DNA from: Cyanidioschyzon merolae
Taxonomy: Eukaryota
Assembly (NCBI GenBank): GCA_000091205.1
Contig: AP006497.2
Length of the DNA stretch: 64,000 bases
Strand: one strand, 5' to 3'
In this document: positions 42,681 through 53,468 of the stretch, piece after piece
How the letters are laid out: every line of letters starts with the position of its first letter
Numbering within the stretch: position 1 is the first letter of the stretch
Program-made: the position numbers and the translations under genes
Notes under the pieces: model-generated
Told to the model about the DNA's origin: nothing
The model's database searches: none
What the model saw: only the letters and a program-made list of their open reading frames with translations

Positions 42681-44941
42681 GACCTACCGACGCATCTGAT
42701 CGCAGGCAAGAGCCGCCCCTGTGAAGAATCTGACGAGGTTGTCTACAACGAAGATGAAACAGGCAGTGGAATAGTGGAGAGCTATTTTCGCCTGTGGATG
42801 ACATGCGTCGCCAACATTTGGAAGCTTCGAAATCGGCACCTTGACGATGCCATCGACATCCTTCGACTGCTGACAACGGAGCTAGAGGTACAAGAGAGAC
42901 AGTCACATCGAAAGACGTCGAGAATATGGAGCAAAAATGAAGCAGTCGGAGAACAAGGCGGCGGAGACTGGTGCTGATCACAGTAAAACGGGTTGCAAAC
43001 TTTATCGTGTATGCGCGAGTTAGAGGACCCTCTCTATGCCATTCCGGCTCGGGCGTAGACTCAAACACCAACAGACATCTTGATCCGCGAGGCGTGTCTC
43101 GGCATGCTTTCGATGCTAGTAACGACAATTGATCTGCTTTCTGGCTAGTTTTTCTTTTTCGCAGGGTGCAGAATCGTTTACACAAAGCAGGTATCTCCGA
43201 TTGCGCAGTATTGTCAGCAGCCGGGAGAGCATCCATCTTTCCTCATCATACGCCCAGACGCTACCAGCTGCCGGCTACTGGAGACGCTCGTTTCGACAGC
43301 CGCTTCGTCAGCGTTCATGGTCGCTGAGGTGCATCAATCTCACCCGGTGCACGCCTGCTGCTGGCTCTCAGAAACGACTGCTTCGTCCCTGCACAGAGAC
43401 ACCCATGTTACGCCAATCGCAGACAGGTCGTCCGTTATGGAATACGTTCGCGACCTATCGACTGATATTCTGGGTAAAATGCAGGTTGGGAGCGCTGCTC
43501 GGCGAAAGGACGTCTTCACCAGACCCGCGAAGGCGTCACCTCGTAGACAAACGGATCGGGTCGGTGCATCCAATGTATCAGGCGGAAAGCTCTCTTCAAC
43601 CCAACCACCTCTGGAGACGAGGCTCTGTTGTCCATCTTCTGACAAGTCCGGTTTATCCTTTGTAGCAACGTGTGCCCTTGATATGCAGACATACTGCGAC
43701 AGTCCCCGAAGCTGTACTCTAGAAAATGTCTCTCGTCATGCGACGTTGAAGAGAGTCTGGCTATCACGATTAGGCTTTGCGGCAACCGGTTGCAGAGCTC
43801 ACAACGCCCCGCAGGCCTCTACAGAACGCGAACGAAAAAATATGATCAAAAGTACCAGGATTCATGGGCACTTATGGTGATCATGGAAGCGGCCGCAGTT
43901 TGTCGAGACAATGCCTTCGATGAGTCGCTCATGCATCCTCGATGAAACATAACAACATGTGCATCGTTCACGGGACATGCTTCAGCCATGGTTTTCGTAC
44001 GATCTACGATCGGCGCACCCGCCTAGATACTTTACAGGCTTTGTCTTTCGTGGAACAGGTAATTCAGTAGGATGTTTGCATACCAGAAGGCAACGGATCG
44101 CTCGCTGGCACTAGGCATGCACCAAGAAGACGTTCAGCAACGGAACGTGAGTTCCCCTGCTAAAGACGTCGAGCAGCTCCAATTTGGATATCGACGGACG
44201 ATGTTCCTCAGCAGCTCTTTCAAGCTCGTTCTCCTCTGCATTGCTTGAATGGTCAGTGACCTCGCGTCCACAGCAGCAAGCCCAAGACGTATATGAACGA
44301 GCTGCCGCTGACATAGCTGAGTGATAAGCGGCTAGTTGCCATCCGTACGCCAACATCAGAAAGCATCAGCATCGCTACCTTGTATACTTCCATCGTCGAG
44401 GTCGAGCGACCAGCGCAGATATCCTTGCGAACATCTGCAACAGAATTCGGTAAAACCGGTATCAACAAGTTGCTGATCTCCTAAACAAGGAAAACCATCA
44501 TGCTAAGCTACTGCTCTGGAGAGCAGCGCATGCTCCAAGCTCGCTGCGTTCAGCCATTCAGCATGAGCATAGCGCCACCGTGCTTGCTGCAGATATAAGA
44601 ATCCCGCCTATCTCGATAAAAGTGGCTGCTATGGGTGTACGCTGCCATCCGGGTCGCCGCACAGCAAGCGCACCACCAGCAACAGACGATGGAGCGTTAC
44701 TGCACCTGCGAAACAACGTTGCACATGCGCTGTGTTCAGGTTGTGGTGACGTCGCAGCACTAAAGCCGCGCCACGAAAGGAAGCAGCAACGAAGGCTATA
44801 GGCTCTGGACACTAGCACTGAGGATAACGTTAGATTAGAGTTGCACCCCTGAGACGAAGTTCTGCACGGTGAACGCTGTACGGAGCGAGCGGCGCCAGCT
44901 GCTGGGCGCAGCGGCCAGCGTTCCACTTCCAGTCACAGCGC

Positions 44942-47698
44942 ATGGGTCGGGCTCGGGAGCCCGCGTATCGTAAGAGGGGTTTTCAACGGACCTGGATCAG
45001 CAAAGTTTATCTGGCAAACTTAGGCGAGTCATCGGCGGTGGATGAAACGCAGTCCCCAAACCTCGGTCTAACGTGCTGGGCACCGTCGATATGTCCTGCT
45101 AGCCAGCACGGACGTGCTGGCGCTTTCCTCCCGCTGGCTTCTGGACCAATTGTTGGCCTCCTGAGGCACCGCCCGGACCGCAGAGAGCGCCTCCAGACGA
45201 GCTTGAACGCTCGGAGCGCCACCGCGGAAGCGAAACGCTTCTTTCTCCAGCGGCGTCGATGCCACCATGCACCGCAAGCCTTTTCTAGGGCGCTTCATAC
45301 ACCGCCGAGAGGCCAGCGCACGCTGCATGACTCCCAGTTTTTGGGAAGAGCAAGTGAGTTTCACCGACCTTGTCTGCTACGGCGACAAGCACGTGCACCA
45401 TGGTCCTTGTGCATGGAGCAAGGCGACCGCGCTTCCGCTTCGGAGCGTACAACTCCTCCGCGTACCGCAAATGACGTTCAGCAAGGCATCCAAGAGGCAA
45501 GTCAGCGAAAAGCCGGTGCACGAAGACACCCGGGGCGGCGTTTTGCTGCGTTTACGCAGATGCTGGCCCGTCGTTCGACCTACCGCGATGGCCTCGTGCT
45601 GCTCCTGCTCGTACTGCTGGCATATGCCATGGCGGGAACCACGAGTTATGCCATAACGCAGCGCTATGATCCAAGTGCGGTACGAATATCGTGCGACCCG
45701 CGCGTGCTACCGGCGTACGGTTTCCAGTCGCTCATGAGACTGGTACTGGCCTACGGATTCTCACTGGTATTCTCGTTAATCTACGCGTACATTGCGTACA
45801 GGGCCTCGTTTGCTGCGCAAGTGCTGCTTCTCATTATTGACGTTTTGCAATCCGTCCCTATTCTCGCTTTTGTCCCAGCAGCAGTGCTGGGCCTGATCGC
45901 CATGTTTCCAGGGCAACGCATTGGGGTCGAGCTGGCAGCGATGCTGTTGCTCTTCACCTCGATGGCGTGGAATATGCTTCTTGGCTTTTACCAGTCCCTA
46001 ATATCCATACCGCCGGACCTGATGGAGGCAGCCAGAATACTGCGACTCTCAGCGTGGCGGCGTTTTTGGTTGCTGGAAGCGCCTTCGGGCGTGTGCTCCC
46101 TCGTCTGGAACTCCATTATCTCCGTGTCCAGCGGGTGGTTCTTTCTGATAAGCATCGAGAGCTTCTCACTGGGGCCCGGCAGAGAATATCGTCTGCCGGG
46201 CTTGGGAAGTTTCCTTGCTGAGGCTGCGGATCGAGGCAATATGCGCGCGATCTTCTGGGGTCTGTTCACTGTAGTGTCGCTTATTATCTGCATCGATATG
46301 TTGATCTGGCGTCCGCTGATCGTCTGGAGTGAGCGCTTCAAGTTCTCGACGAACGCCAGTTCCGGCATCGGGGCGATCAGTTCGCTGCAGAGGAAGGCAT
46401 CGCGCTCGCCTTCGTCGTCGTCGTCTGGGCTGCGTTCGTCACTGGGGTCGGACGCTAATTTCGCGGATGAAGACGACGACCGCGAGAACGATAACTACGA
46501 CGACGACGACGACGATGATGATGAGAATGACGCGTCTTCTTTCGCGTGGGCTGGTGCACCACGTCGGCAGTTCCGTGTTCTGGAGCTTGTCCAGATACCG
46601 GATGCAACCGCGAGTGCCACAAGCAGCGCGCCCGGACTCGCGATCATGCACAGCATCGAAGGTGAGTCTGCTCCCGGAGCCGAGCAGGTTGTCATCCAAC
46701 AACGCGAACTGGACGCACCACGAAGCATCGTGTTTGCATATTTCCAGCGCTCTCCATTGATGCGTGCCGTTCACCGGCGATTCTTTCTGCCTCTCTGGCA
46801 GAAATTCATTGATGCAGACGTGATCTGGGAGCGTGCAACGGAAACAACTTCCCAGACGCTGGCACTAGCCTGGAAGCGCGTGCATCAGCCGCATCTGTTG
46901 CTGCGGCTCTGGGGCTTTATGGTTCGTTTGCTTACATGGAGCAGTGTGCTGGGCATCGCCTGGTTGGCGTTTCTGGCGTTTCGCGTTGCCCACCACGCGC
47001 TACGGATTCTGCAGACGATTTCGTGGCGCTCGTGGATCACCATTCTGAGCTGTGCTGGACTGACCTTTGGTCGTGTGCTGACGGCTTTAGCGCTCTCGTT
47101 ATTATGGACAGTTCCACTGGGGGTTGCTGTCGGGTGCTCACCGGCACTGGCTCGCGTCCTCCAGCCGCTAGTCCAGATCGCTGCTTCCGTGCCAGCGACG
47201 GCAGTATTCCCGTTTCTGCTCCTGGGGTTAGCGAATTTCGGCGGGCTTGGCTTGCAGATTGGCTCGATCCTCTTGATGATGTTCGGCACGATGTGGTACA
47301 TTCTGTTCAACGTCATTGCAGGTGCTGCAGCGATTCCCGCGGAGCTCTGGGAAGTTGACGCGGTTTACAACAAGGCCACAGACTCGTGGCTTGCTCGCCA
47401 GTGGAGACGATGGCGCTTTCTCATCCTGCCCGGTATCTTCCCATACCTCATCACTGGTATTGTTACGGCTGTTGGAGGCGCGTGGAATGCGAGCATCGTT
47501 AGTGAGTACGTCCAGTTCCAGGGCCAGATTTTATCGACCAAAGGTCTGGGGGCGCTCATATCGAACGCAGCGGCTCGTGGTGATTTACCGTTGCTGTTAG
47601 CGGGGACCCTGGTCATGTCTAGTTTGGTGCTGCTCACGAATCGTTTTGTCTGGGCGCCACTCTACAAGTTAGCGCGTGAACGCTACACGCTCAACTAG
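44942..47698 (+). CDS. Bacterial-type ABC importer permease: two fused BPD_transp_1 (binding-protein-dependent transport inner-membrane) domains, NitT/TauT- or FbpB-like, joined by an acidic linker
   Basis: EAA motifs occur in both halves: MEAARILRLSAWRRFWLLEAPSGV in the first, and ELWEVDAVYNKATDSWLARQWRRWRFLILPGIFPYLITGIVTAVGGAWNASIVSEY...GLGALI in the second. There are about 6 TM helices per half. A poly-Asp/Asn linker (DEDDDRENDNYDDDDDDDDEND, encoded by (GAC)n) separates them. The N-terminal 206 aa are R/A/P-rich low complexity, so the real start may be the Met at 45560 (MLARRSTYRDGLVLLLLVLL). No ABC ATPase or solute-binding protein ORF is present in the window. Confidence 0.8.
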   Translation: MGRAREPAYRKRGFQRTWISKVYLANLGESSAVDETQSPNLGLTCWAPSICPASQHGRAGAFLPLASGPIVGLLRHRPDRRERLQTSLNARSATAEAKRFFLQRRRCHHAPQAFSRALHTPPRGQRTLHDSQFLGRASEFHRPCLLRRQARAPWSLCMEQGDRASASERTTPPRTANDVQQGIQEASQRKAGARRHPGRRFAAFTQMLARRSTYRDGLVLLLLVLLAYAMAGTTSYAITQRYDPSAVRISCDPRVLPAYGFQSLMRLVLAYGFSLVFSLIYAYIAYRASFAAQVLLLIIDVLQSVPILAFVPAAVLGLIAMFPGQRIGVELAAMLLLFTSMAWNMLLGFYQSLISIPPDLMEAARILRLSAWRRFWLLEAPSGVCSLVWNSIISVSSGWFFLISIESFSLGPGREYRLPGLGSFLAEAADRGNMRAIFWGLFTVVSLIICIDMLIWRPLIVWSERFKFSTNASSGIGAISSLQRKASRSPSSSSSGLRSSLGSDANFADEDDDRENDNYDDDDDDDDENDASSFAWAGAPRRQFRVLELVQIPDATASATSSAPGLAIMHSIEGESAPGAEQVVIQQRELDAPRSIVFAYFQRSPLMRAVHRRFFLPLWQKFIDADVIWERATETTSQTLALAWKRVHQPHLLLRLWGFMVRLLTWSSVLGIAWLAFLAFRVAHHALRILQTISWRSWITILSCAGLTFGRVLTALALSLLWTVPLGVAVGCSPALARVLQPLVQIAASVPATAVFPFLLLGLANFGGLGLQIGSILLMMFGTMWYILFNVIAGAAAIPAELWEVDAVYNKATDSWLARQWRRWRFLILPGIFPYLITGIVTAVGGAWNASIVSEYVQFQGQILSTKGLGALISNAAARGDLPLLLAGTLVMSSLVLLTNRFVWAPLYKLARERYTLN

Positions 47699-48209
47699 GA
47701 GCAGCGCAGTGACGCCGATCCAGGTTGTTTCACTGCTAGGATTGGAGGCTCTTTGTGATGATAGATCCCCTGGTATCTGTGTTCGATACCTGTAGTGGTG
47801 CAACTTGCAAGACTAGACCCTAACTTTAAATCAGTTCTGTGTTTAGTACATGGCTCATGAATGACTAGTGCGTTCTTCGGGATTAGACGGTAAAATGCAG
47901 CACTTTGGTTACTCCGGGCGCTAGGCTTGCCCAGTGACAGTCTTCCCGATGACAGGTGCTTCAATACAACAAAGCGCATCCAGAGAGCGATGCAAGGCCT
48001 ACCTTCTCAGCATGATCGGTGTCGGGAAACGCCCTGCATGACAACGTGTCGTCAACCGTTATACCGGGGGCGGTACGGGAACGCTCCGTACGCGAAGCCA
48101 TCGTCATGCTGCGCGTTTGCTCTGCTTCTGCAGGTCCGAATCATCCATGCAACATATACAATCAATAACTTTTAGCATATGCGTCTCCGGATGCAAACAC
48201 AATGCATCA

Positions 48210-49088
48210 CTAGCGACTTTTTTGCTGGTGTGAAGACGCACCCCGTCGCTGCGGCGCCCTCGCCCGGACAGCTGCAGATTTCAATGGGTTCGGGAAGAAC
48301 GCGTTTCGGTTCAGTGACTTGTACTCGGCAAAGTTCTCCAAATACCACTGATGGTTGCTCCGTGCCCTGGGGTATAAGTTCGAAAACGTCCAAAGCGCGA
48401 ATGAGAACGCTGCCCACGTCTGTGCGGCGATCGCAAAACCCGTCCATTCCACAAACTCAGAGAAGTAGTTCGGCGCGCTGACGTAGCGATACAGACCACC
48501 ATATGGAATAGCGTAACGTTTCTCTTTGATCTCTTCAGGGTTTCGCCGCAACGCTCTCGTGATCGCGTCGCTATGCCAGTTGCCAATCAAGCCACACACC
48601 CAAAGCAATAAGCCGCTGCAGAATGCCCAGTCCAAGGACCGACGCGAGCGAATGACCAATTCGTAAACGAACAGTGCTTTCGCATTTAAATAGGTGTTAA
48701 TGACGCAGAACAGGATAGCTGTCGAAACAACAGTGAAGGTGGTAGGCTTCGAGCCTCCACGCATCCGCAGAGGGAACACAAAGGCGCGGTTCGCATAGTG
48801 AACAAGCCAACAGAACGCCAACGTAACAGTCATCCACTCCCGTTCATCAAACCCGAGCTTCAAGAGTTTGTCGGTACGCTGACGAAGCCAACGAGTCAGG
48901 TACACGGCCATAATCAGGAACGAGGGGCTCTCTTGTATGATCCAGCCCAGGTCGCTGCGCAGCGTAGGGCCCCAGCCGGTACGCAAATGCCGCCCGTATG
49001 GTGCTGATACGAGGAAAAGCACTGGAAACACAAGTACGGCGAGAGCAATCCAGCTCCATAATAGTGCATCATCCGAAAGAAGGTTCAT
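48210..49088 (-). CDS. Steroid 5-alpha-reductase family (3-oxo-5-alpha-steroid 4-dehydrogenase, DET2-like) membrane protein
   Basis: N-terminal ...SAPYGRHLRTGWG (cf. DET2 APYGRH) and the C-terminal family signature YVSAPNYFSEFVEWTGFAIAAQTWAAFSFALWTFSNLYPRARSNHQWYLENF. The ORF is 292 aa and multi-TM. Confidence 0.85.
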   Translation of the reverse strand: MNLLSDDALLWSWIALAVLVFPVLFLVSAPYGRHLRTGWGPTLRSDLGWIIQESPSFLIMAVYLTRWLRQRTDKLLKLGFDEREWMTVTLAFCWLVHYANRAFVFPLRMRGGSKPTTFTVVSTAILFCVINTYLNAKALFVYELVIRSRRSLDWAFCSGLLLWVCGLIGNWHSDAITRALRRNPEEIKEKRYAIPYGGLYRYVSAPNYFSEFVEWTGFAIAAQTWAAFSFALWTFSNLYPRARSNHQWYLENFAEYKSLNRNAFFPNPLKSAAVRARAPQRRGASSHQQKSR

Positions 49089-49483
49089 TATGAAAGGGGG
49101 CGATACCGCTTCACGTTCAAAACACCACGATCCAATTCTGTATCATAGCCGTATGTGAAGCGCGAGGTGATATGCGGTGCGGCGCATCATCAGAGACGCC
49201 ATCCCTGCACGAGATCGATGCGCCTGAACGGTTTCAATCTGTATATTTCTTGACATGATGGAAGGGAATGGACATGGCATGAACGGATCCAACACAGCCA
49301 TGAACGCCCATGATATAAATTAGAACATCAATGTATCTGTTAGTACAAGGAAGACAGTCGGTTGACGGATGCACCCCTGGCGGACGCACTGCGTACCCGC
49401 TGCAGCGACTGTGCAGAACGTTGCCTGCACCTCCGGCAGCTGGTCTCTTTGGTTACCGTGGTTCGCTCTTCACAGAGTCAGCG
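49089..49483. promoter_or_regulatory. Putative bidirectional promoter between the steroid-5-alpha-reductase and TUG/UBX genes
   Basis: Head-to-head arrangement with about 400 bp between start codons, using the TUG start at 49484. Positional inference only. Confidence 0.3.
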
Positions 49484-51586
49484 ATGGTGTTCTTGATTGT
49501 GGATTTTAGCGAAGTAAGCCGGGGTGGCGTGAAAGCGCGGGTCCAGGTTACACCGAACAGCCTGCTGTCGGAAGTTCTGCGACAAGCCTGGGAACAGGTG
49601 CAGACAAGGTGCGGGAGCGCTGTTGGCGACGCTGCCGAGCCTCGGCTCGCATCTTTACCGGCAAACTGGGGACTTCGGCATGGGAAACGCTGGCTAGACT
49701 TGTCGCTACCTTTTCGGCTGTCGGGTTTATCGGCTCAGGCCCGGATAGTTGTTGACGAGCGCAGTGTCAGTGAAACGGCGAAGACGAGCGTTACTGGAAA
49801 ACCTGGACAGACAGCAGACCTCGCTCAGGGCGTCACACCTGCGCATTCGCTGACTGTGGCTGTGCAGTACGAGAGCGACCCCCCAGAGCGCTACATCGCA
49901 CCTGCAGTATTGGAGGATACGCTCTGGAGCGTGCTCGAGCGGGCGAATCCGGAGCGTCTGTGGTGGTGCCGCCCCTACTTGCTAGTCGCACGGTACCTGG
50001 AGACTGCGCACTATGGAGTCAGCCATTTTCGAAGCCTCCGCTTACGAGATCTGGGCCTAAGTCCGGGCACGCGTCTCCTGATTCGAATACAGTGCCTCAC
50101 CACGGATGACGACTCCGGTGGCTGGGAGGAGGTGGAAGCGTCGGCAGGGGCGGCTCGATCGCCGGTCGCTTCCAACAGGCACGATCACGCGGATGCAACA
50201 GGCGGTTCTGATATCGCATCTGTGGACAAGGTGAGCAGCGGTCAGGCGGCGACGCGAGAATCACAGGCAACTGCCGATTTGCATCTGCAGCATGTCGAGC
50301 AGCAAAGTACGCACCTGGTTTTGGGAAATCCAGGAGCGAAGTCCGCTTTCGTGGATGCCCCAGCACGCGTGCTCGACACTGTCTCCCGAACGATCGAGGA
50401 GCCAGCAGCATCATCTCCGCAAGGAGAGCGCGTGCCGGTTACTGGCTCCAGTGATCCCTCGACTGCCAATGGTGATCGGCAAAGAGACACGCGAGCCGAC
50501 GCGAGCACGAACCCACGGACACCGTCGCCTTCAAGTCGAGGCGCGAGGCCGTCCACTTACGCTCTTGTCGAGATGCACGAAGTGGACACCTCTGTCCCGA
50601 AAGTCGATGGAGTCGTAGCTGAGCCAGCGGATGCACGAAACTCGGCCTCGTCGGTGAACACGGAATCAGGTACAACCCAGATACCTATACAGGGAGCGGA
50701 GTCAACCTCGGAGCTGCTGATTCCAGGTCGCACTGCATCTGACGCCCCTGTTTTAGAGACGAACGGAAATGCAGGAGCACCTGCAGGTCAGGTGCCTGAG
50801 CGGTATGTCCGTTTCTACCTGCCGACGACGATCCGCTTTGATGCGCAGCTCCTCGACCTACCCGATACTTTTTACGATCTAACACCGGGGGAACTGCGAC
50901 GGATCCTTCATGCACAGCAGCGACAACAGGAAGAAGCAACCGTTCTCCGAACCCGCAGGCATACAACTGCTTCACGAGCAGGCGCAACGCAGCCGGAGCA
51001 GTGTGTGGTACGTGTCCGGCTTCCCGATCAGACGGTCATTGAGGGTCGTTTCTGGTGCAACGAAAGCCTAGACGACCTGTACGCTTTCGTGCGGCGCTTT
51101 GTAACGAGCACGAACGGGGCCTTGGACGCATTCAAGCTCTATCAAACGCCACCGAAACGGGTGCTGCATGCCGGGCCAACAACGCTGCACCAAGTGCAAC
51201 TCTGCCCAGCTTCTGTGCTAGTCCTGGTTCCGTCAACATCGAATACGTATGTTACTCTGGGCTTGCGCCCAGAATTTCGTTCTCGCTTGGAGAAGTCCCC
51301 GCTGGAGGCTGCATTTGCGAAGGAGGTTGCACAGGCAGAGGCGCTGCGTCGCGAGTATGCTGGTGTCATTTCGTCACCACATACCACGCCACCGGAGGCT
51401 GCCGCGGCGACCGCAGACGGCACGGCAGCCAACGCCGGCAAGCAGATTCGTTCGGAAGATGCAGGTACCGGAGATCGCGAGCCGGATGCTTTCTCGAAGG
51501 CGGATAGAGCTCGCAACGACGCTGAGCAGCAGTTGAAGCAGCGGTTGCCCAAGTGGTGGCGGCGTCCTCCAGGTGGGCGTTCGTGA
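49331..51586 (+). CDS. TUG/ASPL (ASPSCR1/UBXD9)-like UBX-domain protein, a p97/Cdc48 cofactor. Probable start at the Met at 49484.
   Basis: The N-terminal TUG-UBL1-like segment reads MVFLIVDFSEVSRGGVKARVQVTPNSLLSEVLRQAWEQV (cf. ASPL NGRRHTVKVTPSTVLLQVLED). The C-terminal UBX domain reads CVVRVRLPDQTVIEGRFWCNESLDDLYAFVRRFV...FKLYQTPPKRVL (cf. RIQIRFPDGHVLQAQF...LYAFVRE...LFTAFPRR). The middle is long and disordered. Confidence 0.65.
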   Translation: MYLLVQGRQSVDGCTPGGRTAYPLQRLCRTLPAPPAAGLFGYRGSLFTESAMVFLIVDFSEVSRGGVKARVQVTPNSLLSEVLRQAWEQVQTRCGSAVGDAAEPRLASLPANWGLRHGKRWLDLSLPFRLSGLSAQARIVVDERSVSETAKTSVTGKPGQTADLAQGVTPAHSLTVAVQYESDPPERYIAPAVLEDTLWSVLERANPERLWWCRPYLLVARYLETAHYGVSHFRSLRLRDLGLSPGTRLLIRIQCLTTDDDSGGWEEVEASAGAARSPVASNRHDHADATGGSDIASVDKVSSGQAATRESQATADLHLQHVEQQSTHLVLGNPGAKSAFVDAPARVLDTVSRTIEEPAASSPQGERVPVTGSSDPSTANGDRQRDTRADASTNPRTPSPSSRGARPSTYALVEMHEVDTSVPKVDGVVAEPADARNSASSVNTESGTTQIPIQGAESTSELLIPGRTASDAPVLETNGNAGAPAGQVPERYVRFYLPTTIRFDAQLLDLPDTFYDLTPGELRRILHAQQRQQEEATVLRTRRHTTASRAGATQPEQCVVRVRLPDQTVIEGRFWCNESLDDLYAFVRRFVTSTNGALDAFKLYQTPPKRVLHAGPTTLHQVQLCPASVLVLVPSTSNTYVTLGLRPEFRSRLEKSPLEAAFAKEVAQAEALRREYAGVISSPHTTPPEAAAATADGTAANAGKQIRSEDAGTGDREPDAFSKADRARNDAEQQLKQRLPKWWRRPPGGRS

Positions 51587-52991
51587 ATCCTTCTGTTCGG
51601 GTCAGGAAATCCACAGCTTTGCAGCTTCTGACTCGTGTTGCGTGCAGCGAGGGCAACTCAGCCGGCATGGACGCCCTCACAAACACGCCCATGCACACAC
51701 GCAAACGCACGTCTACGCCCCGGACTAGAGACAGAGCACTCGGTTGCCGGTACGGAGTCATCACGTCTACACATGCGGTTTGCGCCCAGTGCGCGTCTGC
51801 ACATATCCACGCAGGCGAAACAGATGCCGAATTTGAGACGCTCTGATCAGTCACCAGAGCGCTCTGTCGCCGGTAAACTTTCGTTGCGAGAGTCGCTACT
51901 TTTGCAGCAACTACCGCAGACATGAGTATAGTTTCTTTTACCCCGCAATTGCCTGCGTTTCCGCTACGCAGCATGGAACGCTCCCGTTGCATAATCCAGG
52001 CTCAGCTGCGCGGTGTCGTCCAGTTCGAGCCTCTGTCGCTGTCTTAGATTCTAAACCGGCAATGTATCGCTTGTTTAAACATCGCCGAAGCCTACAATAC
52101 AACAACCGCTCGGCAACAGTGGCGACACGTACAGCGTCTCTTGCTCGACGCCCATTCCAGGAGACGTCTCCGCACGATGTCTCACTATCTCATGATGCGG
52201 ACGAAGCGTCCTCATTCGGTCAGACGTTCTCAGGTGGCGGTTATGGCGCTGCTGGACCCCGAGCATTCTCGCATTCGCGTACGCACTGAGTGCCAGCATA
52301 CGATCCTGGGACGCGCTTGGCGCCTAATCCGCAAGCTTCTTTCATGGAGTCGGATTTATGCATCAGACCAGGATTCCCCGAGAAGGCATTTTCAGCTGTT
52401 AAGCAAGAAAAAAAGAGCTAAGCTCTCCGGATCCATCAGCATTCTACGTACCCCAGAGTGGTTTCCAAGTCTGGAAAGAAAGATAGACCAGGCTGGTGCG
52501 ATCGGTGTTCTGGGTGCAGCGTCTTGTGCTGACGCCTCCGGTAACGCGGAATGCGCCGGTTCCGCCACGGTTTTCGCACGGCGACGTCACGGCTTGGGCG
52601 AATGCCTCGTACGGTTTCTTTCATGACCTAGGACCGTTGTTTCTGACCAAGGATCCCCTAGTGACTGTCACCTATCGATATCGAAGGAAATGTCGTGAAC
52701 GGGTGAAGACGCGCAGTCTCAGCTCCGGGGCATCGATGCACGGAGCAGCAGCATAGAAGCTGGACGTATCTGGTCAATGATGATCCTATCCGTTCTCATG
52801 CGTGACAATGGTAGATAAGATCCTAAACATTCATAAAATTACAAATAAGTATAATATAATACATATTCATAAAGGAGCATGGGCGCCGTCGCAGCGCGCA
52901 CGTCGTCAGCGCATCGCAATCTCTGCCTCAGTGCACCGCTATTAGTTTGGACGCTAACGTCAAGTTTTCGTGTTGGTTAGTGTGACTGCGC

Positions 52992-53468
52992 ATGACCGAG
53001 GTGCAGACAGAGCGTGCGTTCCAGAAGCAGGAGGCGGTGTCGTTGAATGGGCCGGCAGTGAGATTCCATGGTGCCCGGAAGCGCTGGTACAAGTCTATCG
53101 GGCTCGGGATCAAGATCCCGCGCGAAGCCATCGAAGGCACGTATATCGACAAAAAGTGCCCCTTCACGAGCAACGTGAGCATCCGTGGCCGTATTCTTCG
53201 TGGCGTAGTTGTGAGTACTAAAATGACGCGCACAGTCATTGTGCGACGGGACTATTTACACTGGGTGGCCAAGTACCGGCGGTACGAGCGCCGGCACCGC
53301 AACATTCCGTGCCATGCCGCGCCCTGCTTTCGGTTACAAGAGGGAGACATTGTTACCATTGGCCAGTGTCGACCTCTGAGTAAAACTGTGCGCTTTAACG
53401 TTATCCGAGTTGATCGATCTGCTGGCGGAAAAGACAGGACTGGCAAGAAGATGTTCACGGGTCTATAA
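52992..53468 (+). CDS. RPS11: Cytosolic ribosomal protein S11 (uS17)
   Basis: Near-colinear with eukaryotic RPS11: [13 protein letters not shown]...[69 protein letters not shown]...[23 protein letters not shown]. 158 aa, intronless. Confidence 0.9.
   Translation: MTEVQTERAFQKQEAVSLNGPAVRFHGARKRWYKSIGLGIKIPREAIEGTYIDKKCPFTSNVSIRGRILRGVVVSTKMTRTVIVRRDYLHWVAKYRRYERRHRNIPCHAAPCFRLQEGDIVTIGQCRPLSKTVRFNVIRVDRSAGGKDRTGKKMFTGL

Noticed and set aside
43129-43880. 178-187-aa plus-strand ORFs in the 2.2-kb region upstream of the ABC permease
   Set aside because: No recognisable domains. Overlapping alternative frames. They could be the permease 5'UTR or promoter. Insufficient support to call a CDS.
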